A DNA stretch of 64,000 nt from Candidatus Binatia bacterium (GCA_963664395.2 OY761159.2:1664001-1728000), one strand, 5' to 3'; positions 18,261 through 28,684 are shown, numbered from the stretch's first letter. Notes: generated by a model not told the origin, from the letters alone. Numbers and translations are program-made.

Positions 18261-19001
18261 ATGGAAACGGTTGACACATTTCTGGCTGATTTGCGCGGCT
18301 ATATCCAACACCAAGATGAGCAGCCTCTGCTTGGCCCCAATTTCTATCAGGGCCTGCTGGCCGGGGAGCTGTCTCGCCCGCAACTGAAAAAATGGGCGCT
18401 CAACCTCTTTTATGTCACCGGTCAGCATATCCGGGCCTTTGGTGGGATTTTTATGAATACCGGCCTCGGACCGCTGGATCAGAAAATTCGACGCCATATT
18501 GTTGAAAATCTGATTGACGAAGAAACGATGATGGGCCGCGGGGAAGACGCCCACTGGATGCTGTCCATGCGCCTGGCCCAATCGCTCGGCGCCACCGAGG
18601 AGGAAGTGCGGCAGCCGATTGTTGCCAGAGAGGCGGTCGCCTATGTTGACTGGGTGATTGAGCTGGGCAGGCAAGAGTACGGCCTCGTCACCCTGGCCGC
18701 CATGTCGATTGGCGGCGAGACGCGCAGCGATGACTCGATGAAGGGTCTCGTGCGCGCGCTCAAAGAAAAATACGGCCTGAGCCGGCACGCGCTTGAATTC
18801 TTCTATGCGCATGCCGGGGAGGCCGAAGCCCATGGCGAGCCCGTTTTTGACATGGTGCGGGAGTATGCCACCACGGCCGAACGGCAGCATAAGATTCGGG
18901 ACAGCGTCACGGCCTGGTGTGAGAAATTCCAGGCGGCTCAGGAGGGCGGCTATCGGGTCGCTATGGGCCTGGATGCCGGTGTCCGAGTCGATTTGGGTTG
19001 A
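18261..19001 (+). CDS. Heme-oxygenase-like iron-containing redox enzyme (PqqC/CADD/TenA-like)
   Basis: ENLIDEE...H, SIGGE, FFYAHAGEAEAH metal-ligand pattern. Confidence 0.75.
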   Translation: METVDTFLADLRGYIQHQDEQPLLGPNFYQGLLAGELSRPQLKKWALNLFYVTGQHIRAFGGIFMNTGLGPLDQKIRRHIVENLIDEETMMGRGEDAHWMLSMRLAQSLGATEEEVRQPIVAREAVAYVDWVIELGRQEYGLVTLAAMSIGGETRSDDSMKGLVRALKEKYGLSRHALEFFYAHAGEAEAHGEPVFDMVREYATTAERQHKIRDSVTAWCEKFQAAQEGGYRVAMGLDAGVRVDLG

Positions 19002-19011
19002 TTGGGAAAGA

Positions 19012-20046
19012 TCTGTTCTGAATAATCACATTGGCTTTGAAGGCCGCCCGCTCGCCTGCCGCAACGCCAGCCGGGCCGAGTGGAGCGCGCTGTGCCAGGT
19101 CATGAAAGAAGAGGGCCGCGGCACAATCGAGCTGGCCCTGACCGGGACCAATGTCGGGTAGGTCTCGGACGACGAATACGATCTGCTCAAATTCCTGGTT
19201 GATGAAAGCCAGCGGCCGGTCACCTTCCTGGCCCTGTTCAATAAGCCGGGCAAGCCGGAGTTCTACCTCAACGCCGTGGAGAAAGTCCAACCCATCCTCG
19301 GTTGGGACAAAGCCGGGCCGCAGGTGACCTGCCGCCCGTTGCGGGTCCAGTTCAATATGAAGAACCCGTTCCTCTTCGCGATTTTTTCGGCCTGGCACCA
19401 TGTCTTCAACAAGCGTGTCGAAGAACAGATACAGATCTACGCCGATCCGGGCTTTCGCAACGCCTTTCGCGACGAGATGGATAAACGGCGTATCTTTCGC
19501 GGCCAGTGGGGCCGGATGACCGTGATTGATGCCCATAGTGATGCGGTCAAACCGCATGTTGCCAGCAAAAAGACGGTGGCCGAGATTGCCCGCGACCAGG
19601 GCAAGGATGTGGTTGACGCCTTTCTCGACCTGGCGGTGGCCGACCGCCTGGAGTTGATGTTCGACCTCCAGGCGTTCAATTTCGAACCCGAAGGGGTAAA
19701 GAATCTGGTCAGTGACCCCCGTTTTCTGATCGGCCTGTCCGACGGCGGAGCGCACGTGGACATGTTGTGCGATGCGGGCTACGCGACCTATCTGCTCGAT
19801 CGCTGGGTGCGGGACAACCAGGTATTGACGATTGAAGAAGGCGTCCGGCGGCTGACCTCAGTCCCGGCCGATCTGTTCGGTATTCCCAACCGGGGGCGGA
19901 TCGCTCCGGGCCTGGTGGCTGACCTCACGCTGTTCGATCCCGACACGGTCGATGCCAAAGACCCGGAATATGTCTGGGACCTGCCCGGCGGCGGAAAACG
20001 CTTTGTTGCCAAATCCAAAGGCATCAAGACAACGGTCGTATCCGGA
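19012..20046 (+). pseudogene. Truncated N-acyl-D-amino-acid deacylase-family amidohydrolase with in-frame TAG
   Basis: One frame reads SVLNNHIGFEGRPLAC...TNVG*VSDDEY...GLSDGGAH...RGRIAPGLVADL...TTVVSG. TAG at 19159-19161; no N-terminal HxH region or start codon; the sequence breaks off into a terminator. Confidence 0.8.
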
Positions 20047-20077
20047 AAAAACAAGGGGGCGGTCAACACACCGCCCC
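20046..20077 (-). terminator. Intrinsic terminator of the EthD-family gene
   Basis: GGGGCGGT/ACCGCCCC stem followed by a T-run on the minus strand. Confidence 0.6.
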
Positions 20078-20095
20078 GTTCTCTATCTTTTTCCT

Positions 20096-20404
20096 CTAGC
20101 CGTCCACCATCACGTTTTCTTGCGTTAATAAGATCACAATTTCCGCAGAGCCGCCCGTCGCACTATTTCTGGCCGTCTGGCCCTCGGATGTACCAAAGAC
20201 CTTGTCCATATCTTCTTCTGTCTCAAACCAGACCTCAGCCACGCCGTCGTAGCGCTGGTCGTCGGTTGTCGCCAGGTTAATACAGTAGCGTTTCAAGCCG
20301 GGCCATTGCTTCACCTTGGGGGCGTGTTCTTCCAGCCACCAGCGGCGAAAGTCTTCCATAGCCATCCCTTCAGGCCGTTTGAGAATACCAATCACTTTAT
20401 ACAT
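20096..20404 (-). CDS. EthD family protein
   Basis: FRRWWLEEHAP, PGLKRY, YDGVAEVWF; AGGAGG RBS. Confidence 0.88.
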   Translation of the reverse strand: MYKVIGILKRPEGMAMEDFRRWWLEEHAPKVKQWPGLKRYCINLATTDDQRYDGVAEVWFETEEDMDKVFGTSEGQTARNSATGGSAEIVILLTQENVMVDG

Positions 20405-20559
20405 AAGTCCTCCTTTTCCTGACCGATCCTAGAGCGCAACTCTGGACCGATATGCTCTGCGATATATAGCCTGGTCTCTGGCCGTTCAAGCAGCCTTTTC
20501 TTCAGCCTCGATTTCCGTTAGGGATGGACAACGTCTTGTGGGATATTTGGAGGATCGGT

Positions 20560-21810
20560 ATGGAGACCCGTCCGGCATCACTGCTACCGGAACAGTTCGG
20601 CCCGTTGCAGGGCGTGCGGATTGTATCAAGCGGAACCTTAGTCGCCCAGCCGTTTGCCGCGGCATTGGCTGCGGAGATGGGCGCTGAGGTGATCCAGATT
20701 GAACGCACCGGAGAGGGTGATGCGGCCTGGCGTCATTTGGGGATGCAATTGCCAACCAAAGACGGCCAAGGGCAAGCGGCAACCACCTGGATTCAGGAGC
20801 GGCGGAACGAATGGCACGTCACGCTGGACTTTAGTAAGCCCGAGGGCAAAGACCTGTTTCTCAAGCTGGTCAAGACGTGTGACATCTGGATGGAGAGTTC
20901 AAAGCCCGGCTCCTATACCAAGTGGGGACTCACTGATGATGTCGTGCTCCAGGCCAACCCCAAGCTCGTCATTGCGCATGTCTCCGGCTACGGTCAGACA
21001 GGCCATCAAGACTACCTGGGTCGGGCCTCGTACGACATGATAGGTCAGGCTTTTGGCGGACTCATGTACCAAACCGGCTTTCCCGACCCAGAGCCACCGG
21101 TGCGGGCCAATCCCTGGACGGCCGACTATATTACGGCGTTGTTTTGTCTGTGGTCGTCCCTGGCCGGCTATATTTCCGCGCAGCGCACCGGCACGGGTCA
21201 GGTCGTTGATATCTCTCAGTTCGAGGCGATCCACCGCCTCCTCTCAGGCACGATGGTCGAGTATTTCAGTCATGGCTTCGTCCGCGAGCGAACGGGCAAC
21301 AAGGCTACTGCGTTTCAACCTTACGATGCGTTCCAAGCCAGTGATGGCTGGGTTGTGGTCGGTGCAGTCGGCCTGGCGGTGTTTTCCCGGGTGTGTCGGG
21401 TCCTGGACCTCAATCCGGAGGAGGAGAAATGGCAGAAGGCCAGCACCGATATAAACGGCATGGAAGGCATCGAGTTTGACGCCCTGCTGCGGGGTTGGAT
21501 TGCCGAACGAACAGTAGATGAGGTGGTTGAACAGCTGAATGCTGCGCAGGTCGCCTGCTGTCCGATTATGAACAGCAAAGCTATGGCGGATGATCCTCAC
21601 TACGAGGCCCGCAACGTCCATGTCGAGTGGCATGACGACCAAGTCGGCACGGTCAAAGGAACTGGAGTCAGTCCTTCTTTTTCAGAAACACCAGGCAAGC
21701 TCTGGCGCGGGTCCGTCCCGGTCGGGCATGATAACGAGCATATTTATACCCATTTTACCGGACTCAGCCGCGAAGAAATCGCCCAGCTCAAAGAAAAGGG
21801 CGTGATCTAA
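20560..21810 (+). CDS. Family III (CaiB/BaiF) CoA-transferase
   Basis: GPLQGVRI, AEMGAEVIQIE, SGYGQTG, catalytic ADY. Confidence 0.92.
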   Translation: METRPASLLPEQFGPLQGVRIVSSGTLVAQPFAAALAAEMGAEVIQIERTGEGDAAWRHLGMQLPTKDGQGQAATTWIQERRNEWHVTLDFSKPEGKDLFLKLVKTCDIWMESSKPGSYTKWGLTDDVVLQANPKLVIAHVSGYGQTGHQDYLGRASYDMIGQAFGGLMYQTGFPDPEPPVRANPWTADYITALFCLWSSLAGYISAQRTGTGQVVDISQFEAIHRLLSGTMVEYFSHGFVRERTGNKATAFQPYDAFQASDGWVVVGAVGLAVFSRVCRVLDLNPEEEKWQKASTDINGMEGIEFDALLRGWIAERTVDEVVEQLNAAQVACCPIMNSKAMADDPHYEARNVHVEWHDDQVGTVKGTGVSPSFSETPGKLWRGSVPVGHDNEHIYTHFTGLSREEIAQLKEKGVI

Positions 21811-21870
21811 ACGGGCGGCGCATACCCCACCCCGTATGCACGCCGCTTATACGTCCCTCATTACTCGCTA

Positions 21871-22791
21871 ATGGCTCTCCTTGAAATCCGTGATCTGCGG
21901 AAACGTTATGGTACGGTTGAAGCCCTCCAGGGCCTCTCGTTAGACGTGGAGCGGGGAGAATTCTTTGGCCTGCTCGGCCCGAACGGCGCAGGAAAATCCA
22001 CTGCGATCAACATCCTGCTTGGACTCATCATTGCCGACAGTGGTTCGATCCGAATTTTCGACCACGACTTTACTTCCAATCACGTTGCCATTCGTCGCCG
22101 GATGAATGTGGCGGCTGCGTTTACCAGTATGAACGGCGTTCTGACCGTGTGGGAAAACCTTATGGTCTACGGTCGCATCTATGGCGTCAAACGTCTTCCC
22201 CGGAAAATCGACGAACTGCTCGAACGCTTCGAGATTACAGACCTGGCCAAACGCCGCTTGCAGCACCTCAGCTCAGGCCAACACACCCGCGTCACGTTGT
22301 GTAAAGGATTTCTGAACGACCCGGAGCTCTTGCTGCTGGATGAGTGTACGCTTGGTCTTGATCCGGACATTGCCGAAAAAACCCGGCGGGCACTGCAAGC
22401 CGTTCAGCAGGAACGAAAAACAACCGTTCTTTTCACCTCACATAATATGAATGAGGTCGAAGAGTTGTGTGGGCGGATTGCCTTTTTAAGTAAGGGCGAG
22501 ATTCTCCGAGTTGATACGGCTGAGCATATCAAGCAGCTCATTCCACACCACATCGTAGAGGTGACCTTTCAAGCGGGGTCCGATCTCACGGCCCTGCGCC
22601 AGTTGAACGGCATATCTCAGATTGAGCAGAACGGAGAGTATGCCTTGCGTTTTGTCCTCAATGATCCAACCCATCAGCTCAACCCCTTACTCCAGCGCTT
22701 GACACACAGCGGGCACCCAATTGTCGATATCAATGTCTCACGGCCAACGCTTGAAGACGTCTTCATCAAGGTCGCCCGAGGGGAGCTCTGA
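21871..22791 (+). CDS. ABC exporter ATP-binding subunit
   Basis: GPNGAGKS, LSSGQ, LLLDE. Confidence 0.94.
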   Translation: MALLEIRDLRKRYGTVEALQGLSLDVERGEFFGLLGPNGAGKSTAINILLGLIIADSGSIRIFDHDFTSNHVAIRRRMNVAAAFTSMNGVLTVWENLMVYGRIYGVKRLPRKIDELLERFEITDLAKRRLQHLSSGQHTRVTLCKGFLNDPELLLLDECTLGLDPDIAEKTRRALQAVQQERKTTVLFTSHNMNEVEELCGRIAFLSKGEILRVDTAEHIKQLIPHHIVEVTFQAGSDLTALRQLNGISQIEQNGEYALRFVLNDPTHQLNPLLQRLTHSGHPIVDINVSRPTLEDVFIKVARGEL

Positions 22792-22796
22792 GCCGG

Positions 22797-23621
22797 GTGC
22801 GCTTTGTGAACTCTCAGGACTATGGCTTTTCGACCATGGCAATGTGGGGCTTAGTCTATAAGTTTACGTGTCTGTGCTATCGCAGTCTGGACCGTGTTTT
22901 TGACATTGTCTACTGGCCGGTCATCTCCCTCTTATTGTGGGGGTTCACCAGCATGTTTATTGCCGCAACGTCTTCGTTTTCCGGAGTCATGGAGTTCTTT
23001 CTTGGCGGGGCGGTGCTGTGGAGTTTGTTCTGGCGGGCGCAAACCGATGTCGGGACGTTTATCCTCGAAGATTTCTGGAGTCGCAATGTCTATAATCTGT
23101 TTGCCTCACCAGTCACCTCGATCGAACTCTTTGTGGCCATTGGTCTTATTGGCCTCATTCGCTGCATCCTGAGTTTTATTTTTCTCAACTTCCTCGCCTG
23201 GGGCCTGTACGCCTTTAATATTATGGATATTGGCGGCACAGCCATCGCCGTCTTCGCCAGCCTGCTGCTGCTCTTCGGCTGGGTCATCGGTATTTTCATC
23301 GCAGCATTGATCTTTCGCTATGGACTCCGTATTCAGGTCTTAGCCTGGTCAGTAGGATTTATTATCCAGCCTTTTAGTTGTGTTTTTTATCCGCTCGACA
23401 GTATGCCGGGCTGGGTTCAGGCCATTGCCATCACCCTCCCCAGCACGCATGTATTTGAAGGACTGCGATACGCCATTGCAACCGGGGAATTAGCCTGGCG
23501 GCCGTTACTGCTGTCCTTCGGCTTGACTGCGGTGCTGTTTATTCTTTCCCTTGCGTATTTTCAGCACGCGCTCTATCAGGCCAAGAAACTGGGTTTACTG
23601 ACCCGCTTTGAGATGGCATAG
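22797..23621 (+). CDS. ABC-2 type permease
   Basis: About six TM segments, FYPLDSMPGW...LPSTH; adjacent to the ATPase. Confidence 0.9.
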   Translation: MRFVNSQDYGFSTMAMWGLVYKFTCLCYRSLDRVFDIVYWPVISLLLWGFTSMFIAATSSFSGVMEFFLGGAVLWSLFWRAQTDVGTFILEDFWSRNVYNLFASPVTSIELFVAIGLIGLIRCILSFIFLNFLAWGLYAFNIMDIGGTAIAVFASLLLLFGWVIGIFIAALIFRYGLRIQVLAWSVGFIIQPFSCVFYPLDSMPGWVQAIAITLPSTHVFEGLRYAIATGELAWRPLLLSFGLTAVLFILSLAYFQHALYQAKKLGLLTRFEMA

Positions 23622-23727
23622 AAGCTAAGTGAATTTTTTGCGACCCCTGCCGCCTTTTTGGTGTTCGTACAGAAAACCCGCTATGCTGAAAGCATTCGGG
23701 CAGAAAGGAATAGTCACAATATCGCCT

Positions 23728-25167
23728 ATGAAACGTCTTCCGCTTATTGCGCTCATCGCCGCGAGTCTTTTTGTTTTCGAGGTCTTTTGCCCTCACCTGC
23801 CTTCCGCCGCTCCGCTCACGAGTACCCACGATGATCAAACTCAGGTCTCGCTGACGATCTATAATTCCAATCTCGGACTGGTCAAAGATGTCCGTGAGAT
23901 TGAACTGACTGAGGGGTTGACCCACCTCCAGTTTATGGATGTCGCGGCCCGGATTATGCCCACAACGGTGCTTGTCCGGTCACGGACCGATGCAAACGCG
24001 CTCCAGGTATTGGAACAGAACTATGAATACGACCTGCTCAGCCCGGACAAATTACTCGAAAAATACGTGGGCCAGGAAGTCAAGCTGCTCGACAAGAACT
24101 ATTTCACCGGCAAAGACGAACTCGTGACCGCCACCCTGCTCGCCACGAACGGCTCCCCGATTTATCAAGTCGGAGACGAAATCTCGATTGGCCTGCCGGG
24201 TAGAGTGATTCTGCCTCAACTGCCGGCCAACCTGATCGCCCAGCCGACGCTGGTGTGGCTGCTCCAGACTCAGGCTGCAAGCACGCACACCATTGAAGCC
24301 TCCTACCTCACGAATGACATTACGTGGCAAGCCGATTATGTCCTTGCCCTCAACAGCGACGACAGCCTGGCAGACCTGTCCGGCTGGGTCTCTATTGAGA
24401 ATACATCCGGCACCACGTATCGCAACGCGGCTCTCAAGTTGGTCGCCGGCGATGTCAACCGGGTTCAACCGAAGGTTCTATACGGGCAGGCCATGGCGAT
24501 GGCCGCCACGGCCGACGCTCGGTCAGAGCCGCAGTTTCAGGAAGAATCCTTTTTCGAATACCACCTCTATACCCTGGATCGACCGGCCACGGTTAAAGAC
24601 AACCAGACCAAGCAGATGTCGCTCTTATCCGCTGCGGATATTCCCATTACCAAACGCCTCGTTCTGCGTGGCCAGCCACGTTATGCGCGGGCACCCTTTG
24701 ACATACCCCCTCCCCAGCAAAAAGTGAGCGTCTATCTCGAAATCGAAAACGCCGAGCAGCACAACCTGGGAATACCCTTACCCAAAGGGACCCTGCGCGT
24801 GTACAAGGCCGACTCGCAAGGTAGCCTCCAATTTGTCGGTGAGGATGCCATTGACCACACGCCCAAAGACGAAACCGTCAGCGTTAAAATGGGCGAGGCC
24901 TTTGACGTCGTGGGCGAGCGTCGCCAAACGAGCTTTACGCGTTTGTCCCGTCGCTTGTCAGAAGTGAGCTGGCAAATTGTCGTCCGCAATCACAAGGACG
25001 AAGACGTGACTGTCCGCGTAGAAGAGCCCCTGTACGGTGACTGGGAAGTCGTCTCTTCTACTCCAGAGAAGTACGAAAAGCCCGACGCGCATACCCTGCG
25101 TTTTGAAGTCACTGTGCCGAAGAACGGCGAGGTGAAAATCGGCTACCGCGTGCGAGTGAAGACCTGA
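23728..25167 (+). CDS. DUF4139 domain exported protein
   Basis: Signal peptide, LTIYNSNLGLVKD, EQNYEYDL, FEYHLY. Confidence 0.88.
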   Translation: MKRLPLIALIAASLFVFEVFCPHLPSAAPLTSTHDDQTQVSLTIYNSNLGLVKDVREIELTEGLTHLQFMDVAARIMPTTVLVRSRTDANALQVLEQNYEYDLLSPDKLLEKYVGQEVKLLDKNYFTGKDELVTATLLATNGSPIYQVGDEISIGLPGRVILPQLPANLIAQPTLVWLLQTQAASTHTIEASYLTNDITWQADYVLALNSDDSLADLSGWVSIENTSGTTYRNAALKLVAGDVNRVQPKVLYGQAMAMAATADARSEPQFQEESFFEYHLYTLDRPATVKDNQTKQMSLLSAADIPITKRLVLRGQPRYARAPFDIPPPQQKVSVYLEIENAEQHNLGIPLPKGTLRVYKADSQGSLQFVGEDAIDHTPKDETVSVKMGEAFDVVGERRQTSFTRLSRRLSEVSWQIVVRNHKDEDVTVRVEEPLYGDWEVVSSTPEKYEKPDAHTLRFEVTVPKNGEVKIGYRVRVKT

Positions 25168-25473
25168 GACTGTCTCGGGTTGTCATTCCTATGGAAACGG
25201 GAAGCCACTTTATTGTCTTCCCCCACCAAGGCGACCAGACTGGGCCCATGACGCACAGCGCGCCGGCCGCCCCAATAGCTGCCCCTCTATCAAGCATATG
25301 GCGAGCATGTGGAGTGGTGACAAATTATCTGATTCGCTGCCTTCTCCGCAGAAAAATTGAGTCCCTCGAATGTCATACTGTGAGCCGCCCCGCTGCTGCG
25401 TTGTTGACGTTCGCCCCCATTTCAGACTATGAAGACGAGGCTTTCCGCGGAAACACAAAAGGAGGAAGTGTCC

Positions 25474-26460
25474 ATGGCAGATACCATACTGAGTACAGAC
25501 AAGCTGTTCGATATGTATCGCACGATGCAAACGATTCGGCAGTTTGAATCCCGCGTACGAGATATTTTTCAAGAGGGTCAAATCCCTGGCTTTGTGCACG
25601 TCTCGATTGGCGAAGAGGCCTCCGCCACCGGAGTCGGAGCCGCCCTGACCAACCAGGACTACATCACCAGCACCCATCGGGGGCATGGGCATTTAATTGC
25701 CAAGGGCGGCGAAGTCAAGCCCATGATGGCAGAACTGTTCGGAAAAAAGACCGGCTATTGCAAGGGCAAAGGCGGCTCCATGCACATTGCAAATTTTGCC
25801 CTGGGTATCCTGGGCGCGAACGGCATTGTGGGCGCCGGCCTGCCGATTGCGACCGGCGCCGGTCTGGCGGCAAAAGTGCGTGGCAGTGGTGAAGTCGCCG
25901 CCTGTTTCTTTGGCGATGGGGCCTCAAACGAAGGGACGTTTCACGAATCGCTCAATATCGCCTCGTCCTGGAAGCTGCCCGTTGTCTATGTGTGTGAAAA
26001 CAATTTGTATGGAGAGTTTACCGCCGGGAAGGACGTCACCTCGGTCAAAGATATTGCCGACCGAGCGCGCGGCCATGACATGCCCGGCGTGGTGGTCAAC
26101 GGCAATGACGTCGTCGAGGTCTATGAAGCCACCAGTCAGGCGGTTAAACGTGCGCGCAAGGGCGAAGGCCCGACGTTAATTGAATGTAAAACCTACCGCT
26201 GGGAAGGCCACGTGGTGGGCGAGGAAGCCTTTCTCGGCAAGCGCAGCTATCGTCCCGCAGACGAAATAGAAGCCTGGAAGAAGCGCTGTCCGCTTATTAC
26301 CTTTGAGCAACGTTTCGTGCCGGGCACATTCAGCCAAGAAGAGATCGATGCAGTCCAAGCCGAGGTGAAGCAAGCCATTGACGCCGCCGTCCAGTTTGCT
26401 CAAGACAGCCCATATCCAGAGCCGGAAGAAGCCCTGGAAGATATGTTCTCAGTCGCGTAG
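25474..26460 (+). CDS. TPP-dependent dehydrogenase E1 alpha (AcoA/PdhA-like)
   Basis: THRGHGH, KGKGGSMH, GDGASNEG...ENN. Confidence 0.93.
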   Translation: MADTILSTDKLFDMYRTMQTIRQFESRVRDIFQEGQIPGFVHVSIGEEASATGVGAALTNQDYITSTHRGHGHLIAKGGEVKPMMAELFGKKTGYCKGKGGSMHIANFALGILGANGIVGAGLPIATGAGLAAKVRGSGEVAACFFGDGASNEGTFHESLNIASSWKLPVVYVCENNLYGEFTAGKDVTSVKDIADRARGHDMPGVVVNGNDVVEVYEATSQAVKRARKGEGPTLIECKTYRWEGHVVGEEAFLGKRSYRPADEIEAWKKRCPLITFEQRFVPGTFSQEEIDAVQAEVKQAIDAAVQFAQDSPYPEPEEALEDMFSVA

Positions 26461-26469
26461 GGAGAAACC

Positions 26470-27438
26470 ATGCCTGAAATTAATTTTATTCAAGCGATTA
26501 ATACGGCCCTCGCCGAGGAACTCCGACACGACCCGACAACCTTCATGCTGGGCCTGGACATCTGGGTCGGCGCGTTCGGTGCAACCAGCGGTTTGACCGA
26601 TGAGTTCGGTGCCGAGCGGATTCTGAACGCCCCCATTTCAGAAGCCGGCTATGCGGGCGCCGGGGTGGGCGCAGCCATGGCGGGGATGCGGCCGATTGTT
26701 GAAATCGAGTTCGCCAGCTTTTTCTACTGCTGCTGGGACCAGGTCTGTAATCAGGCGGCCAAGCTACGTTATATGTCGGGCGGACAAGCCGACATACCTA
26801 TTACGTTTCGGGCCGTGTGCGGTGCAGTCGGCTCGGCAGCCGCCCAGCATTCCGAGACGGTCTACTCTCAGTTCATGAGTGTGCCCGGACTCAAAATTGT
26901 GGTGCCTTCAGGTCCCTACGATATGAAGGGACTCCTCAAGAGCGCCATTCGGGACAACAACCCCGTGCTGGTCTTCGAACACCTCAAACTGGGCCGGAGC
27001 AAAGAAGAAGTCCCGGAGGAGGAGTATCTTGTGCCCATCGGGCAAGCCGAGGTGAAACGCGAAGGCTCGGACGTCACTATTGTCGCGATCGGCTATATGG
27101 TCTCCCAGGCGCTCAAGGCCGCAAAAGCGCTGGAAGAGGATGGCATTTCTGCTGAAGTCGTTGACCCGCGCAGCCTTATTCCCCTGGATGAAGAGACTAT
27201 CCTGTCCTCCGTGGCCAAGACGCATAATGTCTTAGTTGTTGACGAAGGCCATCTCCGTTGCGGGGCTGCGGCAGAGATATCCGCCGTGATTGCAGATAAG
27301 GGCTTCGACTCTCTGGACGCCCCAGTCAAGCGCCTGACCGCGCCGGATGTCCCAGTCCCGTTTAGTCCGCCCTTGGAGAAGTTCATCCTTCCTAACGACA
27401 AGAAAATTTCCTCTGCTGTCAAGGAGATGCTGGGCTAA
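26470..27438 (+). CDS. TPP-dependent dehydrogenase E1 beta
   Basis: PISE, GMRPIVEI, AAQHS, VDPRSL. Confidence 0.93.
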   Translation: MPEINFIQAINTALAEELRHDPTTFMLGLDIWVGAFGATSGLTDEFGAERILNAPISEAGYAGAGVGAAMAGMRPIVEIEFASFFYCCWDQVCNQAAKLRYMSGGQADIPITFRAVCGAVGSAAAQHSETVYSQFMSVPGLKIVVPSGPYDMKGLLKSAIRDNNPVLVFEHLKLGRSKEEVPEEEYLVPIGQAEVKREGSDVTIVAIGYMVSQALKAAKALEEDGISAEVVDPRSLIPLDEETILSSVAKTHNVLVVDEGHLRCGAAAEISAVIADKGFDSLDAPVKRLTAPDVPVPFSPPLEKFILPNDKKISSAVKEMLG

Positions 27439-27490
27439 GTCCCTGCGCGCGCTCTTCCAAGGAATGACACGGTAAAGAAAGGATACACCT

Positions 27491-28684
27491 GTGGCCGTAG
27501 AAGTTGTAATGCCAAAGTTCGGCCTGACCATGACCGAAGGTACGATCCAACAATGGTTCAAATCCGAGGGCGATGCCATCAAAACTGGCGAAGCCCTTTT
27601 TGAGGTCGAAACCGAAAAAGTGCTGTATGAAGTTGAAGTGGCGGCGGATGGAACGGTCGCCAAACTGTTGTATGCGGTTGAAGCAGTAGTCGGCGTGGGG
27701 CTTCCAATCGCAATCATTGCGGAAGCAGGCGAAGATATCGCTGAGATTGCGGCACGGTACGCGGATGCGGCAGCCACCGCGACAGAGCCCGTTCCAGTGG
27801 CTGCTTCAGCAGCGCCCCCGGCGCCGGAAGAGAAGCGCGGCCGCGTTCCGGTGACACCCGCAGCCCGGAAGCTGGCCAAAGAACATAGTATCGATCTCGC
27901 TCTTATGACCGGGACTGGTCCCCGCGGCCGGATCACCCGCGAAGATGTGCAGAAAATTATCGATAGCGGCGGTCAAGTCGCTCCGTCGGCAGCCGCGCCG
28001 GCCGCGGCGCAAGACATTCCGTTACGCGGCATGCGGAAAGTGATTGCCGAGCGCATGCATCAGAGCCTTCAGGGCAGCGCCCAGCTCACGATCACCACAG
28101 AGGTGGATGTCACCCAGTTGATTGACCGACGTCAAGAAGTCCGCCAGGATTTTAATGCCACCTACACCGACTTCATCGTGCAGGCCTGTGCTCATGCCCT
28201 CAAGCAGCACCCGCGCATGAACGCGTCCCTCGAAGGGAATACTATTCACCTCAACAACCACATCCACGTAGGACTGGCTGTTGCGCTCGACGAGGGCTTG
28301 ATCGTGCCAGTCGTCCGGGATACGGACAAAAAATCGCTCAGGGACATTGCCGAAGAGGCCAAGACATTAGCCGAGAAAGCTCGAGCCAGCCAGCTCAAGC
28401 TCGAAGAAGTTTCTGGCGGGACGTTCACCGTCTCCAACCTTGGCATGTACGGGGTTGATAGCTTTACACCTATCATCAACGCCCCGCAGTCCGGCATTCT
28501 CGGCGTCGGCCGGATTGTTGAAAAACCGGTCATCTATCGCGGCGAGGTCACCAGGCGTTCGATGCTGGTCTTGAGCTTGACGTTTGACCACCGCGTCATA
28601 GATGGGGCCCCTGCCGGGGCGTTTCTCCAGACCGTGGCGGACCTGCTTGCCCACGGGAATCGGATTTCACTCGACGGCAGGTAA
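27491..28684 (+). CDS. Dihydrolipoamide acyltransferase E2
   Basis: Lipoyl domain VETEKV, E3-binding GTGPRGRI, catalytic DHRVIDG. Confidence 0.93.
   Translation: MAVEVVMPKFGLTMTEGTIQQWFKSEGDAIKTGEALFEVETEKVLYEVEVAADGTVAKLLYAVEAVVGVGLPIAIIAEAGEDIAEIAARYADAAATATEPVPVAASAAPPAPEEKRGRVPVTPAARKLAKEHSIDLALMTGTGPRGRITREDVQKIIDSGGQVAPSAAAPAAAQDIPLRGMRKVIAERMHQSLQGSAQLTITTEVDVTQLIDRRQEVRQDFNATYTDFIVQACAHALKQHPRMNASLEGNTIHLNNHIHVGLAVALDEGLIVPVVRDTDKKSLRDIAEEAKTLAEKARASQLKLEEVSGGTFTVSNLGMYGVDSFTPIINAPQSGILGVGRIVEKPVIYRGEVTRRSMLVLSLTFDHRVIDGAPAGAFLQTVADLLAHGNRISLDGR

Noticed and set aside
19159-19161. In-frame TAG as pyrrolysine or stop-codon recoding
   Set aside because: The gene is also truncated at both ends, TAG is a normal stop elsewhere in the window, and no pyl genes are visible. 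A nonsense mutation is simpler.
17967-19755. Long antisense ORFs (307 aa and 264 aa) and similar shadow ORFs across the window
   Set aside because: They mirror well-supported genes on the opposite strand, as expected in GC-rich DNA, and have no motifs.
20047-20280. C-terminal extension of ORF 19276..20280
   Set aside because: It runs through a terminator and antisense to the EthD-family gene; it is read-through of a truncated pseudogene.
25191-25547. 118-aa ORF upstream of E1 alpha
   Set aside because: No RBS or motif; it starts inside a REP-like remnant and overlaps E1 alpha out of frame.
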